Positions 1 to 11,330 of a DNA stretch of 64,000 nt are shown one piece after another. Position 1 is the stretch's first letter. The number at the start of each line of letters is the position of its first letter. Origin of the DNA: Azolla caroliniana (taxonomy: Eukaryota > Plantae > Polypodiophyta); NCBI GenBank assembly GCA_043228905.1, contig JBHGNT010000018.1:10850001-10914000 (forward strand). Direction: 5' to 3'. Made by a program: the position numbers and the translations under genes. The notes under the pieces are model-generated. The model did no database searches, had not been told where the DNA came from, and saw nothing but the letters and a program-made list of their open reading frames with translations.

Positions 1-1860
1 AAACGAGATCTGCTACATATAATCTAGAGTCAAACCATTTGGTTTATGACGAAGATAATATGCTCGATGTAGTGGCAGCCAAGAATTTGGAGTTGATTTA
101 GCTAGATGTCAAAATGGCTTTCCTCCACGGTGATCTTGAGGAGGAAATATATATGGAGCAGTCGAAAGGCTTTGTGGCATCCGGGCAAGAACATCTAGTC
201 TGCCGACTCAAGAAGAGTCTTTACGGCCTGAACAGGCGCCAGGACATTGGTACAAGAAGTTCGACAACTTCATCCAATCGATTAGCTTCTCAAAGAGCGA
301 TGAGGACCACTGCCTCTTCACGAAAATAGCTCAAGATGGATCACCCATCTTCCTCATCATCTACGTAGACGACATGCTAATCTCTGGACGCCATGTTGGC
401 GAACTAGCCGAACTCGTTCGGCAACTGCGGTTGAAGTTTGCCATTAAGTATCTCGGTCCGGCACGACGCATCCTTGGTATGAAGATAAGTCGGAATCGTA
501 ATCATTGACAATTGTTTCTGTCCTAGTCCGACTACATTGGACATGTCCTCGAACGCTTCAATATGCAATCGGCGAAATCTGCCTCTACCCCGCTCCCTAT
601 TCATACTCCGTTTTCTCAACGAGACTGCTTGACATCCGGTCTGGAGGGGGAAATTATGAAGTCAGTACCGTATGTACCGGCAGTTGGCTCCCTAATGTAC
701 GTGATGGTCGCGACACGGCCTGCTATCGCTCACACTATTGGAGTCATCAGCAGACTTATGCATAATCCCAACCGATCGCACTAGAACGCAGTCAAGCATG
801 TGTTTAGATATCTTGTGAGCACAAAAGATCTTGGTATTCTATTCGGCCCGATGTCGTAGTCAGATACACCGACTCGGACTTTGCAGGTTGCATAGACAGC
901 CGTAAATCGACAACCAAATATTGTTTTAAACTCAGCAATGGAGTGATCTCATGGAAATCAAAACTTCAGGAGTGCACCGCCACATCAACGACTGAGACTG
1001 AATATGTAGTCGCATCCGATGTGGCGAAAGAGGCCTTATGGCTCGATCGGCTGGCCTACACATTTCAACAAGTTGAAATCGGCCCGACTCCAATTGTTTA
1101 CGGTGATAGCCAGAGTGTTGTTGCTCTGTCAAAAAATTCGGCCCATCACAACGCCTCCAAGAATATCGATGTTCGATATCATTTCGTTCAGGACTATGTC
1201 ATTTCAGGGAAAATCGGCCATGAGAAGGTAACTACAGCCGATAACGTTGCAGATGCAATGACCAAGTGTCTCCCAACGGATTGATTTCGATCCCTTCGGC
1301 ATCGAATGGGCATAATGAAGAATCAGTCCGATTAAATTGGACACTCAGGACGTTTCTTGAACAATAGACCTGGATAGTTTGAACTTCGGCTTCAGTCTCT
1401 CCGAACTCGGCGAATCCGGCCTTCTGCTCTTCAAAGTTCACCGACTCAAACGAATTCGCGATTGTTCGTAAACCTTCTATCAATCTGTATTGTACATTCA
1501 TTTCGGATTATAGATTTTGGATGTATATACCCATTACGGGGGAGTGTTGAATACGGGTTTCTAATGGACGTATTCACACTGTCTCCTTTTGAACACACTA
1601 CAATTAGGCTACTTATGTAAATAATGAGAAGGGTTGTTAGTCAGTATATAAACTCACTTTGTAAGCTAGTTACCGTTGTTGCTTTAAGTTGTAATATACT
1701 CTTTACATTGTGCCTACTGTCTCTCTCTTTGGCGTACTAGTTGTATTGTTTGTCTTTGTTGTTATAGATGTTATGATCTTGTATCTACTGACGATCTTAT
1801 AGGAGCTTATAGAAGATAAGTGTCGATCTTGTTCCGTATTAGAAGATGGCAATCCCAACA
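1..1860 (+). mobile_element. 3' part of a degenerate Ty1/Copia element (RT-RNase H, PPT, 3' LTR 1545-1860)
   Basis: Fragmented ORFs with [27 protein letters not shown] and SWKSKLQ...HYFVQD-like RNase H motifs. PPT TTACGGGGGAG is followed by TGTTG (1545), and the LTR ends in CCCAACA (1860). Confidence 0.85.
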
Positions 1861-2035
1861 CCGACTGTAGGGGTCGAGGAGAGCGGAATTGGAGGGGTCA
1901 AGGAGTGTTGGAGCAGAGGCGTCGTGAGACAAGGGACCGGACCGCATGAGGAGCACGAGCTAGTGTGAGGATGCCAGGAGGTGGTGGAAGCAAAGACCGC
2001 CTAAATTTGACACGATCAACTAACCTCAAGTTGAT

Positions 2036-2469
2036 CTTGAGGGGGAGTGTTGAGCGAGGAAGCTCAACATGGGTTGAACCGGTTGGATAAGCTAGTAGGA
2101 CAATCCGGAATCGATCTAGTTTACTAGGCCCACATAGGCTGATAAGCCTAAGCTCCGAGCTGGGTTCCGGGTGGGTTCCCGACCGGATGTCGGATTGGTT
2201 GAAGAAGCCGGATACCGGATCCGAATGCTGTTGTGGAACGGATGTCGAATCTGGATAAGGATCCGGACTGGATAATGGCGCGGCTGTGGAAGCCAATCCG
2301 GAACGATACATGTTCTAATTAGACCTATTCTAGGGAATCGGTCTAATAAGACTCAGTCTCTCTCTCTCTGTCTCCCATACTCTGTGTTTACCTAACTATT
2401 ATGCTTCTCGATAAAACTATGTTCGGAGCTTCATTAAGCTTCCACACACGTATTCTTTTACAGGTAACA
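2036..2469 (+). mobile_element. PPT plus LTR of a second Copia-like element (LTR ~2048-2469)
   Basis: TTGAGGGGGAG PPT directly followed by TGTTGA; probable end ...GGTAACA. No partner LTR in the window. Confidence 0.55.
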
Positions 2470-2849
2470 CATGGCATGCCCGTGGGATAGTGCATTGCAT
2501 GTCGATCCCACATGCCTTGATCATTATCTCTATTCGACCGAAACAGAATATTGAATAATAGTTAAGAATATAGAATAACAACTTCACACAGAATATACCC
2601 TAACTCAAAATTATATTAAACTTATAGCAATACAAATCAATGATGTTACCATGTTCTCGGCCCCTTTTTATAGGCGAGCTGAGAGACTCTACCAAGAATA
2701 TACAACTGCCTATTCAGCAAGAAGTGTACAGTTACAACTAATTGTCCTATTTTTCCTACTTGGCACTCATACTAATTATTCAACTACTCCTTCTCACACT
2801 TGTTACAACTATACTTCATTTCGACTACCACTATACTTCAACTAGTTTG

Positions 2850-3947
2850 ATCATTCTGCACCAAGTCTGACATGTACCCGAGATGAAGAGGAGTCTGGTC
2901 TCCATCGACATGCTAGCTGAAGCTGGGTATCATACGACTCTAAGTGAGTCAGCATGGACGATCAGCCGAAGAAACATGAAAATCGGTTGTGGATACAAGT
3001 ACAACCACTTGTATCTGTGATGGCAATCAATCCAAAAGGGGTCGTGAACATAGCCAATTCGTCAGAATCGAACTTATGGCATGGCTGACTTGGCCATATG
3101 TCACAAGCCAAACTAGACCAACGGATGGAGATCGGCTACATCCCGAAGCTCCTGACAAAGTCGAACTTCTATGAGCATTGTCATTACAGGAAACAGACCT
3201 GAAGTCCACACTCTCTTCATTATGAGACGGTACGACAGCCCCTAGAACTAGTCCACATTGATATATGTGGGTTGATGCCCAAAAGGTCACTAGGAGGCTC
3301 GTTCGTAGATGATTTTACATGGAAGGTTTGGGCTTACAATTTAGTCCAAAATGAAGCGCTCGAGGTCTTCTTTCGATGGTTAGCCAAAGTGGAGAACCAA
3401 TCAAGACACTGAGTGAAAGACACTCTGGTCCGACAACGGAGGTGAATACACCTCCCGAGCCTTCATAGTACTATCCAACAAAGGAATCCAACATCACAAG
3501 ACCAATGCATATACTCCCATGCAGAATGGCATGGTGGAACGAATGAACTAGAGAATCCAAGAGAGAGTGACGGCAATGCTCCAGCATTCCGAACTGAAGC
3601 AGGAATTTTGGGCCGAAGCATTGTAGACAACAGTCTATCTTATAAATCTATTGTCATCAAGAGTAATTCGGCTCAAAATGTCACATGCACTATGGTCTAA
3701 CAAAACGCCAACATATAGGGTTCAAATTTTCTGAATCGAAACCTATGCATTTATCCCTAGGGATAAGAGGACCAAGTTGGCACCCCATGCACTTAAGTGT
3801 ATATTTCTCGGCTACGGCACAAATGGGGACTTCAGCTATCGGCTATGGGATCCGGAAAACCAAAAGTTGATCTGGAGCAGCGATGTAGTATTCAAGGAAG
3901 ACTCAATACTCTCTGACAAGACCTAGCCAAAGAAAATTTGTAAAAAG
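2850..3947 (+). mobile_element. Degenerate Copia (GAG-pre-integrase/integrase part), continued at 27626
   Basis: Broken integrase motifs (SDNGGEY, QNGMVERMN, FWAEA, CIFLGY). The reading continues KKICKK|VSFD across the 3948-27625 insertion. Confidence 0.75.
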
Positions 3948-4093
3948 TATTGGGAAACCGGTCCCTCCGAATGAGAACCGGACGAGTCAGAGGAAGAAGC
4001 CGGACAGGACGGATCCGAAAGGTATCCGGCTGGATCCGATGTCAACAAGAAGCAGGGACATATTAGTAAATATGTTCTAATGTGACTGTTGAG
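3948..4093 (+). mobile_element. 5' piece of a solo Copia LTR split by the DNA-transposon compound
   Basis: Start ...CCGGTCCCTCCGAATG resembles the reverse complement of the LTR end at 58541. The sequence resumes after the TGAG TSD at 27216. Confidence 0.65.
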
Positions 4094-4403
4094 AACACGT
4101 TCGCGTTCACAAGTGGAAGGATCGCGCATAAATGGAAGGATAAGGAAAATTTTGGGTTGATTTTAATGCTTTTTCAATGATTTTACAAAACACATTGATA
4201 CCAGTATCATACATGTTCAAACATACTATGAAAAAGGTTACATTCTCAATTTATATCACAAACTTTACAACCAGTGTTATTTTATAAGACACGATTTTTT
4301 AGAAATCATAAGAATTCAAAACACAGGCTTTTATATTACTCGATTTGTTACAAGTGGAATGTAGTTACACTTAATAGCCAAAAATACATTCATGATCACT
4401 CCT

Positions 4404-5899
4404 TTACGTAGAATCACTACTATAACTAATATACAATGACGATCCCTCCTCGTCATCCTCAGATGTACCAATCAGTGCTTTATCTTCGTCATAAACCAAA
4501 TGGTTTGGCTCTAGATTATATGTAGCAGATCTCGTTTGCCTTTGACTCGAGCCACCTTGTAGACCTGGTAATTTTTCTTTTATTATATCTATTGTTGACT
4601 TCCTTAATCGTCCGGCTTCTGTAAGAGTGAAGTTGTACACATTGATATCCACATCAGAGATATCAAGGGTCGAGGTGTTACGAATGTTTCGCTTCCTCTT
4701 CCTACCTCTTGTTGGGCATTCAATCATCTCCAATGTATACTTACCTGTAAAAGCATTTGCACTTCTAGTGTTGTACCAATGAACATTTATAGACTTGATC
4801 GTGTTTTCTATTTCATGCATTAGCACTTCTAGAATTTTACCAACCCAAAATTGGTGGCCATGTGAGTTAATCGCATTTGCTGGTTGCTTCGAAGTTTTAT
4901 TTACACAATCATATTGCAACGACCATGTGAATGGCGTTTCCAAATTCCAATTATCATAATCTTGTGAATTGGCTTTATGTGACAGACTTATTACGTGAGC
5001 CCACCATATCAGATTGATAGACATCATAAACTTCCCAACGTGTGTAATTATCAAAGAGGTGCATCCTACCTATAGTGGGCATTACTTCACAATTTAATTG
5101 AAAGTAACTTTCATCCAACCAATAGCATGTCTTCCAATTGCACCTTTCATACTTGGAACCTCTTTAGAATTGAGCATCTGATCCCCACTAAATAGACGTT
5201 GTTGTACTCTATGTCGCCGCATGTTACTAACACATAACGCAATTTTGAATGTTACTCTACATATATGTTGCGCATGGAAGATATAATACTCGAATGATAC
5301 TTTATCCCCATACATTTGTCAGACACTAGTTGCATATGTGACTCGAGGTAAGTGTCTTGCTCATCACCAGTCATCGAAAAATAGTATCGCCTTAATTCTC
5401 ACAACTTTGATTTTCCAATCATAGATATACAACCACGGGCACAACATATTTTTTTGACATCAAATCCAATCTGTTTATCTGATGTCACCAAGTTAAATCT
5501 ATCTAGACGAATTCTTCGTGGTATTCTTCTAATATGCATAGGGCTTCTAGATTTCTCTTCCTACATAGAAGTTGGTGTAACCTTGTTGCTATCCAATTCT
5601 TTGTTGTGACCATCGCCCATGATATTCGATGTTTCATTGGCACTACCTTCATTCTCCATATCTTTATTAATATCGTATTCTTCAATAGAGAACTCTTCAC
5701 ATGTGTCATTATTCACATTCGTTGTAGGTGACGATGAGCTCAGACAATACTCTTCAATAGAATATGGTGAGTTTGTCGACAGACAATATTCTTCAATAGA
5801 AAATTGTGAGTCTGTCGACAAACAATACTCTTCAGTAGAAAACGAAGAGTCTGATGAAAAACAATATTCTTCAATCGAGAACGGTGAATCTTCACTCAT
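4404..5899 (-). pseudogene. Transposase pseudogene of copy 1; catalytic core deleted
   Basis: Homologous to 18656-21403. A junction at ~4955 skips ~19348-20495 of copy 2, including the IDGMDQ, DNTARENKN and GHTHDHID motifs. A second small deletion lies at ~4868. Confidence 0.85.
5676..5890 (-). repeat. 36-bp (12-aa) coding tandem repeat FS(I/T)EEYC(L/F)S(T/S)(D/N)S at the transposase N-terminus
   Basis: Four tandem units plus one dispersed unit in ORF 5561-5899; about three units at ~21280-21390 in copy 2. Confidence 0.85.
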
Positions 5900-6204
5900 G
5901 GCTTAAGGTCCACACAGAGCTCTTTAAGTTATGTGCTTAGGCGAACATAAAAAACTGATAATCTCCTCTCTAAACATATACTCCTCTCTAAACATAAACT
6001 CCTCTCTAAACAGAAGCTCCCTCAATATAATGTCTATATTATTTAATATTATATTAATACAATACATAAACATATTATTTTTAATATAATAATTGTATTC
6101 AACATATTAATAATTACTTAAACTAGTCTGTATAAAGTTAAATCAAGTATAATATAATTACAATCATTACCAAGCCATATATATGTTGGATTAAAGTTAA
6201 AATG

Positions 6205-6613
6205 ATTGGTTAATTAATGGCACCCATATTTAATATAGAACTTCTTAGTCATTGGTTCATTAATGCCCACCATTTTAATTATAAGACTTTTCAATCATTG
6301 GTTCATTCATGGCTACATCTTTAATACAAAAAAATTAAGAGTCATAAAAATGTTGCTTTGAGTAATCAATCATTGGTTCATTCATGAACCTCTATCATTG
6401 TTTCCTTCATGACCTTCAAAGTCATTGTATGTATGTTATTTTGACTATAAAATAATCATCAATATGTTAGTTTGACTCTGTAATCATTGATGCAATCATA
6501 AGTAACTCTGGTTAAAGTGACTGTGGTTACTAGCTAACTAACCTCAAGCTTGCCAACCCTGGTTAAAGTTATTGTGGTTACTTTAACCATTGTGGTCAAT
6601 CCCTATAAATAGG
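6205..6613. promoter_or_regulatory. Putative divergent promoter: repeated ATTGG (CCAAT) boxes and a TATA box
   Basis: ATTGG at 6205, 6251, 6297 (46-bp period) and 6372. CCCTATAAATAGG at 6601, ~125 bp before the ATG at 6728. Conserved at ~21690-22096. Confidence 0.55.
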
Positions 6614-6810
6614 AAGACCTCGTCATATTTCAATCACACGAATCACAAGAGCACATAGAGCAAACAGAGCACACAGACCACGAAGCACGAAAGCGAGATC
6701 TCCGCCAAAACATCGACAAGATCAACCATGTCATCAAAGAAAATCAAGCGCCAAGACTCCATGTAAGCCTTTGACACTGTGGACATTTTTGTAAATATGT
6801 TTTAGCACTC

Positions 6811-7032
6811 AAGAACTCGATACGGCGTATCGAGTTCCTGTATAAAACACAAACATTATACAGGAACTCGATACGTTGTATTGAGTTGTTGTTTGAAGTT
6901 TAGGTTTTATACAAGAACTCGATACGCCGTATCGAGTTCTTGTCTATAGTTTGCGTTTTAAACAGTAACTCGATACGCCGTATCGAGTTCCTGTTTAAAG
7001 TTTACGTTTTGTACAGGAACTCGATACGCCGT
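6811..7032. repeat. Palindrome array, copy 1 (units 1-5; units 5-7 continue at 14114-14231 after the Gypsy)
   Basis: ACAGGAACTCGATACG-N-CGTATCGAGTTCCTGT cores start at 6813, 6864, 6915, 6966 and 7017 (51-bp period), then at 14153 and 14203. Confidence 0.95.
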
Positions 7033-7694
7033 TGTCGTGCCCTTCGGCTCCGGATCGTTGCGTGAGTCGGGTGGGAACCGCCGAGGTTTTTGACTAGGAG
7101 GAAGAGGAATACAACTTAAAGCTAGTTATGAATAGTGGAAAGAGAAGTAAGATAGCAAACTCGTGAATCTCACGAGTTTAGTGTAATTAAAACAATATTT
7201 AGATTATAAGAGCAATTAGATGGCAAAATTCGTGAATCCCACGAATATATTAGATTGATCAAAAACTTGTATATTAATCAACAACCATATACATATTTTT
7301 CTCCTCCTTATATAAAGATGGAAGAGGCTAAGCATGGCTTCATGCTTTTTCACCTAAAGTGCCCATGCACACTAAATGTGCATGTGATGCTTTGTCATTT
7401 CCTAAATATAGGGCTCATGCACGCTAGATGTGCATGAGTCACTTTTAATGTCACGTGTAAATAAAATATTCACACTCTAAAGAATACATGATTTTTACCT
7501 TTTAATAAAGGTATGTGTAAATAAAGGTCTTATACGTATTAAATCTATATTTATAACACTAAAGATAAATTATTACAATGGTAAAGTTGGGGTTTATCTG
7601 CGTGGAGGTGCATGGTTCGAATCCTGCCCTATGCACATGATAAATTCTTTTGATATATTATTTATTTATTTATATGTATCTAAAATCGGATATA

Positions 7695-10600
7695 TTATTT
7701 TATGGTTTTCACGTAGTGTGCGGAATACACTACGACATTCGCCCCCTCCGAACCCGCACATCCTCCGGTATGTGCCGAAGTTCTCGATCCCCCATATCCG
7801 TCTTCACCCAAAGCTTCCTCCGATTCTCCCCTTATGTCGACTATGAGTTGTAATTCACTTTCTTCGCTTCCCGCATCACCGTGGTCTTCGTCCGATTGCT
7901 CCTCATTGTCGGCCTTGGCTTGGATCACATAGGGTTTGTCGTCGGTCCGCTTCTTGAAAATCTTCACCCGCTTCCCGGCTATAGGCACTCGTAGTATTGT
8001 TCCATCAAACTCGGACAGTCGGTACGTTCCGTTGTCGAAGACTTTCCGAACCTCGTATGGCCCGAACCACCTTTTCGCGAATTTCCGCATCGTTGTATGT
8101 TGATGGTCCAAACTACTGTCATAGACGATCACCCAATCTCCTTCTTCAATCCTCCTCGGTCATAGTCGGTGCTTTGTGTCGAACCGGCTTTTGTTCCTTA
8201 ATCGTGCTTCTTGTTGTCGGCGTATTGCTTCCGCTATGTCTGCCGGTCTTCCCTCTAGTTGTCGTATCCGGACCGCTAGTAGTTCTTCCCGGCTCATCTC
8301 TTCCTTCCACGGTAGCACTGTCCATGTTGCGATCGCGGTTTCCGTCGGCATTACCGGTGCTTGTCCGGTCATGAGTTCTGCCGGCATGTAACTGGTTATG
8401 GAACTATGCATCGTCCGATCCGCCCATAGTGCATACGGAAGCATCTGCGGCCAGTCCTTCACCTTTCCATCGCATGCCTTCGCAAGTGCTTTCACGATCG
8501 GACTATGTCCTCGTTCGATTTTCCCGTTGGCCTCCGGATTGTATGCCGTTGTCAGCGATAACCGGACTCCGTGTTTAGCGAAGAATCCCCTAGCTTTGTC
8601 CGAGTCGAGTTCTCCCCGGTCCGCAATCACTTGTCCTACGCACCCGTACCTGCAAAATACTTCCTCCAAAAGAAATTGGCATACCGCGTAACACGTTTTC
8701 CTCTGAAGCGCTCGACCTTCTACTTGATTCGTGAGATCTTCCTGAGCTAATACCAAGTATTTCTTTTGTCCGATCCCGATCGGCATGGCCACTATGTCAA
8801 CCATCCACTTGAAGTTGATTGTCGGTGAGAATGTCGGATGTAACTCATCTCGATGTCGAACCCCGGAGTAGACTTGACATTTCTCGCAGCTTTCCGTGAA
8901 CTCCACGACATCTTTGTACATTTTCTTCCACCAATATTTTTGCTTGATCTTCACAAATGTTGCCCATGTTCCTCGGTGTCCAGCCCAATCGGATTCGTGA
9001 AACTCGGACATTATCCGGTTTCGTTGCTCTTTTGTCCCGACTACTCGAAGTGGTATACCATCCGGTCTTTTCGGCGCCCTCCATATTAATCCGTTTTCCA
9101 AGAAGAACTTTTGGACTTGTCTCTTCTTCCTTCGGATCTCGGCTCTTCTTCCTTTATCGTTTGTTGAATCCTCGGCCTCTTGTAACATCTTCCCGATCAT
9201 CAAGCTTTCTCCCTCGTATTCTTCTTCCCGGAATTCCCGGATTACGTTTACTCGGCATATGTGCTCCGACGCGAAGTAGTCTTCGGAAACTTCTTCATTA
9301 TCCGATTCGGTTATGTCGTCTCCGAACCGAGCCCTTGATAACATATCCGCTACCGCGTTGTCCTTCCCCGAGATGTGTCGAACCTCCGGATTAAGCGACT
9401 TGACATATGCAACCCACCTTAGCATAGCTACATCCGGTATCGTACAACACCGCATCATCCCGAGTATCGGAAGACAATCCGTCTCGATCACCACTTCGGC
9501 TCCGATCAAATAATCCCGATCCGATTTTATCGCCGACACGACTCCCCACAGTTCTCTTTTGACTTGCGCATATCCACGTTGCCTTTCGTTGAGAACCTTT
9601 GCTCCGAATCGGATCGGATACCGCGAACCATCCAAGTCGGCTTGATTGATGACCCACCCGATACCGGTTGGACTTGTATCAACCGTTACTATGATCGGTC
9701 GGTCATAGCTCGGTTTCTTAAGTGCTTCCGCCCTCCGAAGTGTCTTCTTTAATTTCTTCATGGCTTTGGTGTGTTCCGGTTTCCATTCGAATTTCTTACC
9801 TTTCCGCAACAAGTGGTAGAGCGGGTCCGCTATATGTGCATAGTGCGGAATCCATATGTGATAGAATGCACATGCACCGAGAAACCTTCGGACTTTGGAT
9901 GTTGACTCGCATACTTCCTCCATAGCTTGAATCGCATCGATCTTTGTTGGTGACGGTCTTCGGCCGTAGGGCCCACATAGATGTCCGACCACCAATATTT
10001 CTTCTTGCCCAAATGCCGATTTCTCCCCGGAAAGTGTTAGGTGCACATCTTCTAGCTTTCGCAACACTTTCTCGCAATCATGAATATGGTCGACCACGAA
10101 CTTTCGGCATCCCCGATCATCCATAGTCTCATCTTTTTCTTCTACCGCGCATCCTTTCATCGGAATGTCATCGAGGAACGGCATCGTTATCTCCGGAATG
10201 CAGTCTCGAAGCACCTTGTTCATCGCGTTCATCATATGAGCAACCGAGTTTGTCGCTCCTTGTGGTAGTGTGCACATTCGGACTAATCCTATCGGTGTTC
10301 GCATGGTTGTGATGTCTCGGCTCTCCACGGCTAGTTGGAATTGGTCATACCCCGAGTATAGGTCTCCGATGGAGTATATTGCACGACCGGCAAAAGCTTC
10401 CGCAAATTCGTCCACTATCGGACCGACTCCGGAGTTCCGGATCGTGACCTTATTCACCGGTTGCAAGTCTTGGATAAATCGGAGTGACCCATTCTTCTTC
10501 GGAACCGTAAACCATCGATTTGAGTACGGAGCAGTTGATGGCTCTAGAATCCCCATCGCCACCTTCTCCTTGAGCAAGTCAATGACTTTCGGAATATGCG

Positions 10601-11330
10601 CTCGTGGCACCGGAATCGGCTTCAGGTTCCACGGTACATGGTCAATCGTGAAGATCACCATCGGCTCCACTGTTCTCGGATCGACGCACCCTATCTCCCT
10701 TGATGTAAATGCAAACGCTTTGCCGTGTTGCTCCAACATCTCGCGAAACCGTTCTTCTTCTTTTTGTAATAGGAACCCACCTCCACCGATCTGAAGTTTC
10801 TTCCGGGTCTCATCCGTGAAGGCATGTCCGATATCCACGGTCTTCCGAAGTGTCGGATCTCCCGAGACTTCTTTCCTCTTTTGTTCGCTATCGGCGGGTA
10901 GTGGTCCCGCGGCCGGTTTCACCTTCTTCTCCATGGTCTTGTATTTCGTACTTACCATTGCTTCTTCTTTGCGGAGCGTATCCGGCTCCATTTTCGCAAT
11001 GATCTCGTACATCTCGACCGATTCCACCGGGACTACCCGGTTCCCTTGGCTTTTATCTTCCGCAAGTTCTTCAAGTCGTTGTAGCGTGCTCCCATAGAAC
11101 ACTTCTTCGACTATCCCCACGATTTCTTCATCTTCTTTTATTATTGATGCCGACCGCAACTTATCCTCCACTTGTCGGTATCCTTTCTTCAATCCTCCGG
11201 TTACGGTCGTGTACGTAGATGCCCCATCCGGACCTATTCGTACATGTTTTGCTCCGAGAGTTTTCTTCTTGTGTGGGGTATCAGGGCTTCTCGGACTATC
11301 ACTTCCCCACTCCGCAACAGTCCGCTTTAA
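7695..11330 (-). CDS. Gypsy pol (RT-RNase H-integrase) with one in-frame stop at 8160
   Basis: RT motifs DLYSGYDQ, LPQG, FLDD; RNase H VDTSPTGIGW and ETDC; integrase HxxxxxxH...CxxC, ADRG, YNPEANGKIER. The frame is open from the end of gag and continues as ORF 7695-8132. Confidence 0.92.

Noticed and set aside
1898-2311. 137-aa minus-strand ORF
   Set aside because: It spans a PPT/LTR junction with CCGGAT-rich repeats and has no protein motif.
6811-7032. CRISPR array (palindromic repeats with ~18-nt spacers; also 22312-22589)
   Set aside because: The spacers are short and related to each other (some inverted), there are no cas genes, and the array lies in a spliceosomal intron of a eukaryotic transposon.
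7571-7640. Functional tRNA gene within the Gypsy LTRs (also 48750-48820)
   Set aside because: Only A/B boxes and a T-arm-like segment are recognisable; there are no convincing acceptor or anticodon stems.
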